From the NCBI GenBank assembly GCA_964653635.1, contig CAZZGZ010000001.1, positions 139,986 through 203,668 on the forward strand: 63,683 bases of DNA, read 5' to 3'. Position 1 is the stretch's first letter; each line of letters opens with the position of its first letter. Shown piece by piece: positions 41,688 through 52,801 of the stretch. The translations under genes and the position numbers were made by a program. The notes under the pieces are model-generated. The model searched no databases. It had not been told where the DNA came from and worked only from the letters and a program-made list of their open reading frames with translations. Origin of the DNA: an uncultured Lachnospiraceae bacterium. Lineage in GTDB: Bacteria; Bacillota; Clostridia; Christensenellales; UBA1242.

Positions 41688-42016
41688 TTAAACGTACTAT
41701 AATATCTTATTCTTCTTCCATGCCCATAAGCATAGGAAGTTTTTTTATGACAATAGTATAAATAAGGCAAACTTTTTTTATTGTCTGCATATAGTAATCT
41801 GAATTTAGCAAAATTTACCATGCCATATTTTACATAGTCAATTATTGTTAAATTTTAAAATATTGTAACTTTCATATCTTATTACAAGCTGTGACTTCGT
41901 GTAAAACTAAATCTTAAAAACAACTCGCCGTTTTGTAATGTAGTAAAATAAATCAATAAATAAAACAAAATTGTTTTAAATAATTTATCACGTTTAGCAA
42001 TGCAAAGTTATGTTTA

Positions 42017-42059
42017 GGTTATTTTGTGGTGTTATGCACATAATATATACAATATGTAC
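42017..42059 (+). repeat. Dispersed 43-bp motif, copy E
   Basis: g gttatttt G tggtg TTATGCACATAA tatata C aatatgta c; downstream of rplS. Confidence 0.75.
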
Positions 42060-42161
42060 TAAAAATAGTTAACACCATTATAACAATTTGCGTTTTTTTA
42101 TTTTTGAACTATAACGTAAAAAATATAATAAAAAAATCATGCTTTTTACATAGCATGACTT

Positions 42162-42512
42162 TTATTTATTTTCAATAGTCTTTACTTTTGTAGCTGCTTT
42201 ACCAGTGAGATTTCTCATATAATATAACTTTGCTCTTCTTGGATTACCAGATTTCACAACTTCAATCTTTGCGATTTTTGGCGAATGAACTGGAAAAGTT
42301 TTTTCTACACCTACGCCATAGGATATCTTTCTAACAGTAAAAGTTTCACGAATTCCGCCATTTTTTCTAGCAATTACAAGGCCTTCAAATATCTGAATTC
42401 TTTCCTTGTCTCCTTCAGCAATTTTCTGATGAACTTTAACAGTATCCCCAACCTTGAAATTTTCAATATTTGATTTCATATTCTCTTTTTCAATTACATC
42501 TATAATATTCAT
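42162..42512 (-). CDS. rplS: 50S ribosomal protein L19
   Basis: [42 protein letters not shown]. Confidence 0.98.
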   Translation of the reverse strand: MNIIDVIEKENMKSNIENFKVGDTVKVHQKIAEGDKERIQIFEGLVIARKNGGIRETFTVRKISYGVGVEKTFPVHSPKIAKIEVVKSGNPRRAKLYYMRNLTGKAATKVKTIENK

Positions 42513-42537
42513 GACTTATCTCCTTTTTTCAGATTTT

Positions 42538-42590
42538 CGACATGGTGTTCATGCCACCTTATTATGTAACAGCGGAGCACCCGAAGTCTT
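42538..42590 (-). promoter_or_regulatory. Putative L19 leader RNA downstream of a SigA promoter (42595-42624)
   Basis: GGTGCTCCGCTG...GGCATGAACACC hairpin in the rplS 5' UTR; TTGACA...TG-T-TAAAAT upstream. Confidence 0.6.
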
Positions 42591-42745
42591 TGTTATTTTA
42601 ACATATTTTCTAGCGTATTGTCAAGACAAATTCTAATTTTTTTTAATCTTCTTACAACTATTCCCCGTGTATCACAAATACAATTAATAAAACTCAATAG
42701 ATTAATACATATGGTGCAAATATAAGACCATATAAAGTAATATGA

Positions 42746-42788
42746 GCACATATCGTTGTGTTATTAGTATAATATATACAAAATTTTG
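42746..42788 (+). repeat. Dispersed 43-bp motif, copy F (degenerate core)
   Basis: g cacatatc G ttgtg TTATTAGTATAA tatata C aaaatttt G; just past the yraN stop. Confidence 0.6.
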
Positions 42789-42800
42789 TGCTTACATCTA

Positions 42801-43148
42801 TTAAAATGCGTTTTCAATATGTTCTAATTCATCGCCTAAAATTGATACGATATCAAATTGAAAATCATATTCTTTATATTTAGGATTTCTTTGCACAAAC
42901 CATTCTAATGCAGATTGAATTTTTCTTTGTTTACGTTCATCAACAGCCTGAAAAGGCATTCCAAATTCATCCGTTGTCCTAGCTTTAACCTCCACGGCGA
43001 TAATAAATCTTTTTTTAGTGGCAACAATATCTATCTCAGCAAATCCGCAATTATAATTCCTAGTGATAATCTTGTATCCCTGTTTTTTTAAATACTTAAC
43101 TGCTTTCTCTTCGCCAATATCACCTTTTATCTTGTTAAACATTTTCAT
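42801..43148 (-). CDS. YraN/UPF0102 family putative endonuclease
   Basis: G..GE..A..YL...GY.I..RN, EIDIVA, VEVKAR, HIENAF. Confidence 0.92.
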   Translation of the reverse strand: MKMFNKIKGDIGEEKAVKYLKKQGYKIITRNYNCGFAEIDIVATKKRFIIAVEVKARTTDEFGMPFQAVDERKQRKIQSALEWFVQRNPKYKEYDFQFDIVSILGDELEHIENAF

Positions 43149-43959
43149 AATCTAAAGTAATCTTCCCTATACGTCCCTTTCTAAAATCATCCAAAACTGC
43201 ACTTGCTGTACGTTCAAGATCTAGCCCCCCGCCAGCAACTTTATAGCCTCGCAACCTAGCTATATCATCAAGGCACATACATCCTGTGTAGCGAGTATTA
43301 AATAACTCTTGATACGAAGACTGCAATATATGAATAAGTTCATTAGCAAGAAAAACTTCATCTAGTATATCATCTTTTATACTGCCTACAATGGCAAGTT
43401 TTTTAGCAATCCTTTGATCCTCAAGATTTGGATATAATGTCCCGGGAGTATCATAAATTTCAATCATTGAATTAACTTTTAACCATTTGCCTTGTTTAGT
43501 CACTCCTGCTCTATCACCTACTTCCACCTTGACTTTTCTGCACAAATTGTTGACAATAGTACTCTTCCCACTATTTGGAATGCCAATCACAATAGCCCTA
43601 ATGTTAGCGACTACGCCCTTAGCTTTGTATTTTCTTATCTTTTCACCACATAAAGACATAATTGACGCAACAATCTCTTTTTCTACTATTGATTTAGTAC
43701 TTACAAGTTTTAACACTTTTTTGTCATGTTCGGCTAATTTCTGTTCAGCCAAAGCCGTTTTTCTGTCGTCCGCAAGATCCGACTTGTTGAGGATGTACAA
43801 AATTTTCTTGTCTTTTGCAATTTCATCAAGTTTAGGATTAAATGAAGAAATCGGAATTCTAGCATCTAAAACATATATAACGACATCACAAATATTCATT
43901 TTAGATTTAATGTCCAAAAGTGCCTTGTGCATATGCCCAGGAAACCAATTAATCTTCAT
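43135..43959 (-). CDS. rbgA: Ribosome biogenesis GTPase RbgA/YlqF
   Basis: INWFPGHM, LDARIP.SS.NP, NKSDL, GIPNSGKST, DTPG. Confidence 0.95.
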   Translation of the reverse strand: MKINWFPGHMHKALLDIKSKMNICDVVIYVLDARIPISSFNPKLDEIAKDKKILYILNKSDLADDRKTALAEQKLAEHDKKVLKLVSTKSIVEKEIVASIMSLCGEKIRKYKAKGVVANIRAIVIGIPNSGKSTIVNNLCRKVKVEVGDRAGVTKQGKWLKVNSMIEIYDTPGTLYPNLEDQRIAKKLAIVGSIKDDILDEVFLANELIHILQSSYQELFNTRYTGCMCLDDIARLRGYKVAGGGLDLERTASAVLDDFRKGRIGKITLDYENV

Positions 43960-44644
43960 TTTTTTCTCCTAATAAATCGGGGCGAATTTTATTTGTTTTT
44001 TCAAGTGACTTCTCATATCTAAATTGTCGTACTTTTTCATGATCCCCAGATAATAATACCTCTGGTACATTATGCCCCTTAAACTTTGCAGGGCGAGTGT
44101 ATTGTGGATACTCTAAAAGTCCATTTGTAAAACTTTCTTCATTCAAACTCTCTTTAGCAATAACCCCTTCTATAAATCTCGAAAGGCTGTCTACAATCGC
44201 CATTGCAGGTATTTCTCCACCAGTTAACACAAAATCACCAAGAGATATTTCTTCAATATCAAATAATTCCATTATTCTAGCATCAACCCCTTCATAATGA
44301 CCACAAACAATGATAATGTGCGATTCAGTCGCAAGAGTTTGTGCTTTTTGTGATGTAAATACTTTACCACTAGGACTTGTAAGAAGAATTTTGCTATTAC
44401 GTTTTTTTACATGCTTTATTGCATCATATAAAGGCTGAATCGTCATCACCATACCTGCACCACCACCAAAAGGATAGTCATCACATTTTCCGTGCTTATC
44501 CTTAGAAAACTCTCGTATGTTTATGACGTTGATATCAATAATCCCCTTGTCCTTGGCTCTTTTTATAATACTTGTATTAAAATATGAAAAAGCTTCAGGA
44601 AATAGAGTGAGAATATCAATTTTAATAGTCTGTTTTTGCACCAT
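43949..44644 (-). CDS. trmD: tRNA (guanine-N1)-methyltransferase
   Basis: LTLFPE, DDYPFGGGAGM, CGHYEGVDAR, GDFVLTGGE, LEYPQYTRP. Confidence 0.97.
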   Translation of the reverse strand: MVQKQTIKIDILTLFPEAFSYFNTSIIKRAKDKGIIDINVINIREFSKDKHGKCDDYPFGGGAGMVMTIQPLYDAIKHVKKRNSKILLTSPSGKVFTSQKAQTLATESHIIIVCGHYEGVDARIMELFDIEEISLGDFVLTGGEIPAMAIVDSLSRFIEGVIAKESLNEESFTNGLLEYPQYTRPAKFKGHNVPEVLLSGDHEKVRQFRYEKSLEKTNKIRPDLLGEKNED

Positions 44645-45119
44645 CAAACTCCTTCCTAAAAGCATATAATCTGCCGTCTTTCATCTTAAAAATAGAAGTG
44701 ACGAAAGGAACTTGAATTTTCTTGCCGTCTTGTTGCATAACAAAAATATCACATGCACCATAATTTTCGATATCCATTATTTGTCCCACAAAATATCCAT
44801 TTTCATCATACACTTCTAACCCAATTAAATCTTCATAAATTAGTGTATCACCCTTAAGACTATCTATAATGTCTTTACGAAGCATAAGGGACTTTGCACG
44901 TAATAGTTCAGCATCATTTCTATTATTAACTCCATCAAAAAATATATAATAAAACCCCTGTCGATATTTGCATGCTCGAACCTTCATAAGGCTATTGTCA
45001 ACATTTATTTTTTTGCCTATAATATACGACCAAACCGCAGAAATATCGCAGAAAGGTTTCACTTTAACCTCCCCTAAAATACCCTGCGGCTTGATTATTC
45101 TACCGATAGAAATATCCAC
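44622..45119 (-). CDS. rimM: Ribosome maturation factor RimM
   Basis: IGRIIKPQGILGEVKV, RNDAELLR, DLIGLEV, VPFV; operon position. Confidence 0.93.
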   Translation of the reverse strand: MDISIGRIIKPQGILGEVKVKPFCDISAVWSYIIGKKINVDNSLMKVRACKYRQGFYYIFFDGVNNRNDAELLRAKSLMLRKDIIDSLKGDTLIYEDLIGLEVYDENGYFVGQIMDIENYGACDIFVMQQDGKKIQVPFVTSIFKMKDGRLYAFRKEFDGAKTDY

Positions 45120-45120
45120 A

Positions 45121-45351
45121 CTATTCTCCGAATTTCACATAGATTTTTTTGCGTTCTTTTCCAAAAATAGAATGCACAATATTTCTGATACTTGTTGCAA
45201 CTTTTCCACCCTTGCCTATGACTCGTCCTAAGTCATTACTTGCGACAATTACGTGCAAAGTGACACTTTGTTCATCATCCTCTCTTTCTATTTTTACAGC
45301 GTCAACATCTGAAACTAAACTGCAAACAAGAAATCTAACTAATTCTTCCAT
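45121..45351 (-). CDS. khpA: KH-domain RNA-binding protein KhpA
   Basis: DLGRVIGKGGK; between rpsP and rimM. Confidence 0.9.
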   Translation of the reverse strand: MEELVRFLVCSLVSDVDAVKIEREDDEQSVTLHVIVASNDLGRVIGKGGKVATSIRNIVHSIFGKERKKIYVKFGE

Positions 45352-45365
45352 ATTTGCTCCTAAGA

Positions 45366-45623
45366 TTATTTGTTATCTGCACTAATTATGCCACTCTTTA
45401 CTAACAATCGCTTTGCAGTGTCAGTTGGTTGAGCACCATTTTTAATCCATTTAGTAGCTTTTTCTGCATCGATTTTAACTTCAGCAGGATCAGTAAGTGG
45501 ATTATACGTTCCTATGATGTCAATAAACTTGCCATCTCTTGGCGAACGAGAATCTGCAACGACAAATCTGTAAAAAGGTGATTTCTTATCCCCTAAACGA
45601 GTAAGTCTGATCTTTACAGCCAT
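45366..45623 (-). CDS. rpsP: 30S ribosomal protein S16
   Basis: [28 protein letters not shown]. Confidence 0.98.
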   Translation of the reverse strand: MAVKIRLTRLGDKKSPFYRFVVADSRSPRDGKFIDIIGTYNPLTDPAEVKIDAEKATKWIKNGAQPTDTAKRLLVKSGIISADNK

Positions 45624-45725
45624 TTTCTTTCTCCTTTTTGTAAATTTATATAAACTTGAACTTTCAAGGTTATACCATTAAATTGTCACATTTGTGACGA
45701 CTCGCACTACTTACACTCTTTGATT

Positions 45726-47030
45726 TTAAAAAAATCTCTTTTTGTTTTTCATTTGTTTCATAAGTTCCTTTGACTTATCAAAGTTTTTAATCAGAGCGTT
45801 CACTTGTTGAATAGTAGTTCCCGATCCTTCAGCGATACGCTTTCTACGTGAAGCTTTGATAATTTCAGGTTCTTTTCGCTCTTGAAAAGTCATCGATTGA
45901 ATAATAGCCTTGTTAATCTCTAGCTGATGTTCATCAATATCAAGATTTTTAATTTTCCCTGCAATACCAGGCACCATAGAAAGTATATCCTTCAAAGAGC
46001 CCATTTTTTTTACACTTTCCACTTGAGTAAGGTAGTCATCAAAGGTAAATGAATTTTCACGAAACTTTTGTTCCATAATCTTCATCTCTTCTTCACTAAC
46101 CGCTTCTTGTGCTTTCTCAATTAATGAAAGAACATCTCCCATCCCTAAAATTCGATTTGCAATTCTATCAGGATAAAATGGTTCTAAATCACCAATTTTT
46201 TCACCTACGCCAGAGAATTTAATAGGCTTACCTGTAACCGCTTTGATTGAAAGTGCAGCACCACCTCTTGTGTCCCCGTCAAGCTTCGTGAGAATTACCC
46301 CGGTAATGTCGAGAGCATCATTGAATGCTTTTGCTACATTTACTGCATCTTGACCCGTCATTGAATCTACAACAAGCAAAATTTCTGTTGGCTTTAAGAT
46401 TGATTTAATATCTTGAAGCTCTTTCATAAGCTCTTCATTAATATGCAATCGACCAGCAGTATCTATTATGACAGTGTCAAATCCTTGTTTAATAGCATGT
46501 TCAACAGCTTGTTTTGCTGTTTTTCTAGGATCTGAATTGCCTCTTTCAAAAACCTCACATCCAGCCTTAGCACCTACGACTTGTAACTGTTCTATGGCAG
46601 CAGGGCGATAAATGTCGCAAGCAACTAAAAGTGGTCTTTTGCCTGATTTTTTAAGATGAAAACCAAGTTTAGCACACATAGTTGTTTTACCTGCCCCCTG
46701 CAACCCACACATCATTATGATGGTTGGAGGATTTGAAGCTACGGCAAGTTTTTGATTTTGTGAAGACATGAGTGCAACAAGTTCTTCGTTAACGATTTTG
46801 ATAACTTGCTGTCCTGGTGTCAAACTTTTAAGCACCTGCTCACCAACAGCTTTCTGTGAAACATTTGCAACAAAATCTTTTGCAACTATATAATTCACAT
46901 CTGCCGATAAAAGTGCCATTCTGACTTCACGCATAGCTTCCTTGATTTCAAGTTCGGTTAGTTTACCTTTACTAGTAAGTTTTGAGAAAATATGGTTTAA
47001 TTTCTCAGACAACGATGAAAATAGTGCCAC
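45726..47030 (-). CDS. ffh: Signal recognition particle protein Ffh
   Basis: GLQGAGKTT, DTAGRL, TKLDGDTRGGAALS, RILGMGD, SRRKRIAEGSG. Confidence 0.98.
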   Translation of the reverse strand: MALFSSLSEKLNHIFSKLTSKGKLTELEIKEAMREVRMALLSADVNYIVAKDFVANVSQKAVGEQVLKSLTPGQQVIKIVNEELVALMSSQNQKLAVASNPPTIIMMCGLQGAGKTTMCAKLGFHLKKSGKRPLLVACDIYRPAAIEQLQVVGAKAGCEVFERGNSDPRKTAKQAVEHAIKQGFDTVIIDTAGRLHINEELMKELQDIKSILKPTEILLVVDSMTGQDAVNVAKAFNDALDITGVILTKLDGDTRGGAALSIKAVTGKPIKFSGVGEKIGDLEPFYPDRIANRILGMGDVLSLIEKAQEAVSEEEMKIMEQKFRENSFTFDDYLTQVESVKKMGSLKDILSMVPGIAGKIKNLDIDEHQLEINKAIIQSMTFQERKEPEIIKASRRKRIAEGSGTTIQQVNALIKNFDKSKELMKQMKNKKRFF

Positions 47031-47353
47031 TAAACCTCCTCTAACAATTTTTCAATCTCGACTTTCAGCCCATTATCAATGGTATTAGTTTCTAAAATTT
47101 CACAGAGAATTTTCTTTACCATTGTGTTTTTTTTCAAAAAACCTAGTTTCCTCTCATAATTTTCAAGCTTTCTCTCGGCTTTTTTTACAAAGTCAAAAAC
47201 TGCTTGACGTGTCATATTAAGTTCCTCGGCTATTTCTGATAATCCTAAATTGTAATTTAAGTACACATCTAGTATTTGTATAGTCTTATCTGTGAGCAAA
47301 TTTTTATATGTGTCATAAAGCTGACATAATCTCACAGTCTTTTCAAGTTCCAT
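47030..47353 (-). CDS. ylxM: YlxM/UPF0122 SRP-associated protein
   Basis: LYDTY..LLT.K, LSEIAE...TRQAVFD..K.AE..L..YE.KL; start moved to ATG 47353. Confidence 0.9.
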   Translation of the reverse strand: MELEKTVRLCQLYDTYKNLLTDKTIQILDVYLNYNLGLSEIAEELNMTRQAVFDFVKKAERKLENYERKLGFLKKNTMVKKILCEILETNTIDNGLKVEIEKLLEEV

Positions 47354-47444
47354 AATCGCCTCGTTATATTTCGTCAACCATTTTTGCTTTACATTTGTAT
47401 TTTAGCACATAAAAAAGAATATTGCAAGTATTTTTTGCAATTTT

Positions 47445-48545
47445 TTATAATAAATCTAAAATTATTTTATTTGAAACATTATAGTACATAGGATTTAAAA
47501 TTGCTCTATCTTTTTTAATACTAAAAATTTTTTTATCTAAATATTCCTTGAATTTAATATTTTTTTCGAGGTCATAATTGTATTTTTTTAGCATCCTTAA
47601 ATCAATTCCTACCCTACTTCTAGCTCCGAGCATAATTATCTCTTCAATAACTTCATTACTATTTAAGGTGTCTATAATTTTTTCATTATTCCCTTTTATA
47701 TATTCACACAAATTTCTAGTATTTAGAATTCTATTATTCTCATAAAATGAACATGCCCCACTCCCTACGCCTAGATATGGTTCTCGTCTCCAATATGTTT
47801 CATTATGCAAACATTCATACCCACTTTGAGCAAAATTTGAAACTTCATATCTACTGAAATTTTTACTTTTAAGAAATTTAACAAGATTATCAAAAATTTC
47901 AGTACAAGTTTCATCACAAATTGGTAAGTACTCTCCATTTTTAACCATCGAAAAAAGTTTAGTTTTTTCTTCTACCATGAGCATATAACAAGAAATATGT
48001 TTAACACCAAGGTCAATTAATTTACTCGCATCACTTAGCACCTGTTCAAGAGTTTGCCCCTCCAACCCCACAAGCAAGTCTGCTGAAATATTTTCAAAGC
48101 CTATGTCACGTGATTGCTTAATAGCTTGTTCTACTTGAAGCGAAGTTGTAATTCTACCCAATTTTTTAAGTTTATCATCATCAAAACTCTGCACACCAAA
48201 GCTTATTCTGTTTATTCCCCATTTTTTATACGTTTTTAATTTTTGGATACAAACACTTTCGGGATTACACTCGATTGTCCACTCCTTAAGTTGTGATAGA
48301 TCGAATTTTTCATATATCGCCTGTGCAATAAGCTCAAACTCTTCTTGCGATAAAAGGCTTGGCGTTCCTCCACCAAAATATATTGTCTTTAGTCTATATG
48401 GTTGTTGCTTTTTGATCTCACAAATAAGTGCCTTTACATAATCATCTGTTTTCGAACTTACATTTGAATAAAAATCACAATAAAAACACCTTTGTTTACA
48501 AAAGGGTATGTGAACATATAAGGCAGCTATATTACTCTTCATCAA
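47445..48545 (-). CDS. hemW: Radical SAM heme chaperone HemW
   Basis: [37 protein letters not shown]; downstream of lepA. Confidence 0.92.
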   Translation of the reverse strand: MMKSNIAALYVHIPFCKQRCFYCDFYSNVSSKTDDYVKALICEIKKQQPYRLKTIYFGGGTPSLLSQEEFELIAQAIYEKFDLSQLKEWTIECNPESVCIQKLKTYKKWGINRISFGVQSFDDDKLKKLGRITTSLQVEQAIKQSRDIGFENISADLLVGLEGQTLEQVLSDASKLIDLGVKHISCYMLMVEEKTKLFSMVKNGEYLPICDETCTEIFDNLVKFLKSKNFSRYEVSNFAQSGYECLHNETYWRREPYLGVGSGACSFYENNRILNTRNLCEYIKGNNEKIIDTLNSNEVIEEIIMLGARSRVGIDLRMLKKYNYDLEKNIKFKEYLDKKIFSIKKDRAILNPMYYNVSNKIILDLL

Positions 48546-50334
48546 GCCTTAATATACTCATGAACGCTTCTGCTGGAAGTTCGACCGATCCTATACGTTT
48601 CATACGCTTTTTCCCCTCCTTTTGCTTTTCCAATAATTTGCGTTTTCGAGTAACATCTCCACCATAACATTTTGCTAACACATCTTTTCTCATAGCAGAA
48701 AGGGTTTCACGTGCTATTACTTTACTGCCGATACTTGCTTGAATGGGTACTTCAAAAAGTTGACGTGGCAGTATTTTTTTTAATTTTTCTGTAATAGCTC
48801 TGCCACGATTATATGCTTTATCCTTGTGGACTATCATCGAAAGGGCATCACATTTATCACCATTAAGCAATATATCAACCTTTACAAGATCAGCTTGCTT
48901 GTATCCTGAAATCTCATAATCAAAACTGGCATAACCTTTTGTACTTGACTTGAGTTTATCGAAAAAATCATAAATAATTTCGCCAAGTGGCAGTTTATAC
49001 TTAAGCTGTACACGTCTTTTGTCCAAATATTGCAAATTCAAATATTCTCCACGTTTATTCGTAGCAAGTTCCATTACAGCACCAACATATTCTGGTGGTG
49101 TATAAATATTTACATCAGCAATAGGCTCTTCTATATGATCTATACTTACAGGTTCAGGCAAATTTGATGGATTACTTACTTTAACAACTTGACCATCTGT
49201 TTTATACACATTATAAGACACGCTCGGTGCAGTGGTTATAACATCTAAATTATACTCTCTTTCAAGACGTTCAATTATTATTTCATGATGTAAAAGCCCC
49301 AAAAAACCACACCTAAAGCCAAAACCTAAAGCCTTTGAAGTTTCAGGTGTATAAACAAGACTAGCATCAGATAGTTTAAGTTTTTCAAGAGCCTCCTTAA
49401 GGTCATTATATTTACTACCATCCATAGGAAAAATTCCACAAAAGACTACTGATTGTACTGCTTTATAACCAGGAAGTGGAACAGAACATGGATTATCAAC
49501 ACTTGTGACTGTATCGCCTACGTGGACATCTTGAATAGTCTTAATAGCCCCAGCAAAATACCCCACATCGCCTGCTCGTAAAATTTCACAAGGATACATC
49601 TGTGGTTTAAAAATCCCTACTTCAGTTATTTCATATTCACCACCAGACTGCATTAATTTAATTCTATCCTTGACCTTCAAGGTTCCATCAAAAATACGAA
49701 TTAAACAAATTACCCCCTTGTAACTATCATAATGACTGTCAAAAATAAGGCATTTAAGTGGTGCATTTTCATCACCTTGAGGTGGCGGAACATTACGAAT
49801 AATTGCCTTTAAAACACTCTCTACATTCTCCCCACTTTTTGCAGAAATGCAAGGACAATCACTCGCATCAATGCCTAATGATTCCAATATCTCATCCTTG
49901 ACTTCTTTAATGTTTGCTGAAGGCAGATCAATCTTATTTATAATAGGAATTATCTCTAAATTACTATCAATCGCAAGATAGGCATTTGCAAGCGTTTGTG
50001 CTTCCACACCCTGAGTAGCATCCACTAGCAAAAGAGCACCTTCACACGCCATTAGCGAGCGAGATACCTCATAGGTAAAATCTACATGTCCAGGGGTATC
50101 AATAAGATTTAAAATATATTCTTCATCTTCAAATTTATAGATTAACCTGCTAGGTGCTAATTTAATAGTAATTCCCTTTTCTCTTTCCAGTTCCATACTA
50201 TCTAAAATTTGGTCTTGCATATCTCTCTCAGCAACTGTACCTGTCATCTCTATCAATCTATCTGCTAAAGTGCTTTTCCCATGATCTATATGTGCCACTA
50301 TGCAGAAATTTCTTATATATTTTAATCTATCCAT
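48532..50334 (-). CDS. lepA: Translation elongation factor 4
   Basis: [39 protein letters not shown]. Confidence 0.98.
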   Translation of the reverse strand: MDRLKYIRNFCIVAHIDHGKSTLADRLIEMTGTVAERDMQDQILDSMELEREKGITIKLAPSRLIYKFEDEEYILNLIDTPGHVDFTYEVSRSLMACEGALLLVDATQGVEAQTLANAYLAIDSNLEIIPIINKIDLPSANIKEVKDEILESLGIDASDCPCISAKSGENVESVLKAIIRNVPPPQGDENAPLKCLIFDSHYDSYKGVICLIRIFDGTLKVKDRIKLMQSGGEYEITEVGIFKPQMYPCEILRAGDVGYFAGAIKTIQDVHVGDTVTSVDNPCSVPLPGYKAVQSVVFCGIFPMDGSKYNDLKEALEKLKLSDASLVYTPETSKALGFGFRCGFLGLLHHEIIIERLEREYNLDVITTAPSVSYNVYKTDGQVVKVSNPSNLPEPVSIDHIEEPIADVNIYTPPEYVGAVMELATNKRGEYLNLQYLDKRRVQLKYKLPLGEIIYDFFDKLKSSTKGYASFDYEISGYKQADLVKVDILLNGDKCDALSMIVHKDKAYNRGRAITEKLKKILPRQLFEVPIQASIGSKVIARETLSAMRKDVLAKCYGGDVTRKRKLLEKQKEGKKRMKRIGSVELPAEAFMSILRLDEE

Positions 50335-50341
50335 GGCATAT

Positions 50342-50370
50342 ATTATACCAAAATCAAGACATTTTGTAAA
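50342..50370 (-). promoter_or_regulatory. SigA promoter of lepA (probably leaderless transcript)
   Basis: TTTACA-17nt-TATAAT with TG extension; ATG 7 nt downstream and no SD. Confidence 0.65.
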
Positions 50371-50387
50371 AATATTTTATTATAATC

Positions 50388-50416
50388 TTGACAAAAAGTT
50401 TATGATTTGCTAGAAT
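50388..50416 (+). promoter_or_regulatory. SigA promoter of the hypothetical gene at 50439
   Basis: TTGACA-17nt-TAGAAT with TG extension. Confidence 0.7.
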
Positions 50417-50438
50417 ACAACTTCTTAGGAGAATTTAT

Positions 50439-51737
50439 ATGCAAAAAAATGATATCCACAATGCTGAAAAATATGAAAAATCAAAAGAAATTGCCAAATG
50501 TTTAAACACAATTTATTCAAACCCATCACAAAGTGATCTAAATAAAAAATATTTAAAAGTTAGAAGTAAAGTCTTAAAACTAATGAACAATACCGAAGTA
50601 ATTAAAAACTTATGTGCTGGACTTAAAATTGCAATTTTAAAAGATCAAAAAATCAAAAAAACTCGAAAATTTTTAAATATATGTTTGAATACCCCAGGTC
50701 TTACTTATGATTACAAAGAATTTTACCTACCTTATGATCAACAATCTTCACCCGATATCGAAAACTTAATTGATTATTACAAATTGTCTACAAGCAATCT
50801 CATAAAACTTTATGAAATAGTAGGAAATTCCAATTTGACAGAATTACGAAAAAATGCTTATAAAAATAGAATTAAACTTTATGTGGGGCAAACCGAAAGC
50901 ACATATGGAATGTTAAAAATGGGTAGGGCATTTAATGTCTTTTATAATGAAAATGTTCTGATTGATGTTATGAAACATGATAAAAGGATTACAGAATTAC
51001 CAGAAGCGGTTATAAGATATTTTATGACCTGTGATAATTACGCTCGTGCTTTTAAAGAATATATTTTAATCCTTGCTAAAGAGTTAAATTATGACAAATT
51101 ACAATGGCTATTAAGTCAAGATATGATAGAAAATGTTGAAGAAATTTTTGATATTTTAGCTAGTAAAAATTTCGCAAATTGTAATGATGTTGCTCTGTTT
51201 GTTACTAAAATATTTGACAAGATGCCAAATTTTGATATGAGTAGTCAAAATCGCCAAATAGTGTTTGACTTAATAGTTAACCAAAATTCCATGCAAAAAC
51301 TGGTTAAAATTATTAACAATGATTTACCATTACTTTTGCCAAATCTATTAGAATATGTTAAAGATAACAACCTTATGGAAACATTTTTGCCTTTTGAGTG
51401 TGATTATTTACGAAAAAATTCAACATCATATCAGGCGGATTACTTTTTTGAAAATATTGATAATTTATCAACTCAATATGTGAAATATTTAATTTCAACT
51501 TCAGTTCAAAATTCATTAATAGATAAAAGTGAACAACTTGCCAAAATAGAATATCAAATTAAAATCTGTAATTGTTTAAAAGTGTTGACAACTAAATCTG
51601 CTTCACAAAGTCTAAAAAACGCATTGACCAACTTGACTGAAAGGAAGCGTCAAATCAAATCCTCAAATAAGAAAACATTATCTCAAAAAGAATGTTTTGA
51701 AATTATAAATAGCTATATTAAAGAAAATCAAGACTAA
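50439..51737 (+). CDS. Hypothetical protein (helical, AT-rich)
   Basis: 432-aa ORF with AGGAG RBS and promoter; no recognised motif. Confidence 0.7.
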   Translation: MQKNDIHNAEKYEKSKEIAKCLNTIYSNPSQSDLNKKYLKVRSKVLKLMNNTEVIKNLCAGLKIAILKDQKIKKTRKFLNICLNTPGLTYDYKEFYLPYDQQSSPDIENLIDYYKLSTSNLIKLYEIVGNSNLTELRKNAYKNRIKLYVGQTESTYGMLKMGRAFNVFYNENVLIDVMKHDKRITELPEAVIRYFMTCDNYARAFKEYILILAKELNYDKLQWLLSQDMIENVEEIFDILASKNFANCNDVALFVTKIFDKMPNFDMSSQNRQIVFDLIVNQNSMQKLVKIINNDLPLLLPNLLEYVKDNNLMETFLPFECDYLRKNSTSYQADYFFENIDNLSTQYVKYLISTSVQNSLIDKSEQLAKIEYQIKICNCLKVLTTKSASQSLKNALTNLTERKRQIKSSNKKTLSQKECFEIINSYIKENQD

Positions 51738-51890
51738 GCTATGATTTATATAACATATAAACAGAATATTTACAATAATTTTGAAAATTATGATATAATA
51801 ATGTAATAATGCTAAATATAGTTATACATTACTTAATGACGAGCATTTACCATTAAACAAAGCTACACACAACTTTTCAATGAGGTATAC

Positions 51891-52622
51891 ATGGATACAA
51901 AGATAAGTTTTCTTTTAAAAACTCCAATAGCTCACAGAGGTTTGAATAATGACAATATCCCCGAAAATTCACTAATGGCTTTCACTGAAGCTGTTAAATG
52001 TGGGTATAATATCGAACTTGATGTGCAAATGCTTGCAACTGGCGAAATTGTTGTTTTTCATGATGAAAACACTCTGCGTCTTACTGGACAAGACAATCTT
52101 ATTCAATCTCTTAAATATGAAGATATAAAAAAATTGCGTTTATCGAGTACCTCACAACAAATCCCTACGTTCGAACAGGTCTTATCCGTTGTTGATGGCA
52201 AGGTTGGAATATTGATAGAAATAAAAAACCATAAAAATATTGGTATATTAGAAGATAAACTTATAAATATTTTGAAAAATTATAATGGTGCACATGCTAT
52301 ACAATCATTTAACCCATTTATTATAAAGTATATTAAAAAAAATGCCCCACAAATACCTTGTGGGCAACTCTCATCTTATTTTGAAAACGAAAATATGAGC
52401 AAATTTCTCAAATTTATTTTAAAACACATGTTTCTTAATCATTTTATAAAGCCAGATTTTATTTCATATAATGTAGAGCAACTACCAAATAAATATGTAC
52501 GAAAGTTTCGCCACATTCCGCTTTTAGCGTGGACAGTTCGCTCATTACAAAAATGGAATAGCATTAAAAATTATTGCGATAACATTATTTTTGAAGGTTT
52601 TTTACCAAATATCAACATGTAG
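51891..52622 (+). CDS. Glycerophosphodiester phosphodiesterase family protein
   Basis: IAHRG, PENSL.AF, IELDVQ, VVFHD, IEIK, AWTV. Confidence 0.93.
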   Translation: MDTKISFLLKTPIAHRGLNNDNIPENSLMAFTEAVKCGYNIELDVQMLATGEIVVFHDENTLRLTGQDNLIQSLKYEDIKKLRLSSTSQQIPTFEQVLSVVDGKVGILIEIKNHKNIGILEDKLINILKNYNGAHAIQSFNPFIIKYIKKNAPQIPCGQLSSYFENENMSKFLKFILKHMFLNHFIKPDFISYNVEQLPNKYVRKFRHIPLLAWTVRSLQKWNSIKNYCDNIIFEGFLPNINM

Positions 52623-52655
52623 TAGTATTATGTGCATACCTCATACAACTAATAG
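52613..52655 (+). repeat. Dispersed 43-bp motif, copy G
   Basis: C aacatgta G tagta TTATGTGCATAC ctcata C aactaata G; overlaps the GDPD stop codon. Confidence 0.8.
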
Positions 52656-52801
52656 TATGTTTTAAAAACTGAACCTATTCATATTTAGTCATGATCTCAT
52701 GACAGCATCAAACTATTAGAACAAATTGACTAGTTAAACTAGAATTCATTCTAATACAAATAGATGAAAAATTCAAAATGAATAAATTCACAAATTTACT
52801 C

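Noticed and set aside
41690-42010. Long AT-rich intergenic gap as a possible sRNA
   Set aside because: No recognisable ncRNA family or convincing promoter-terminator pair, and the 65-aa minus-strand ORF lacks support.
52688-52703. Palindrome GTCATGA-TC-TCATGAC, and ATCATG-A-CATGAT at 31207-31219
   Set aside because: Short, with different spacing and only two instances; cannot be distinguished from chance or assigned a regulator.
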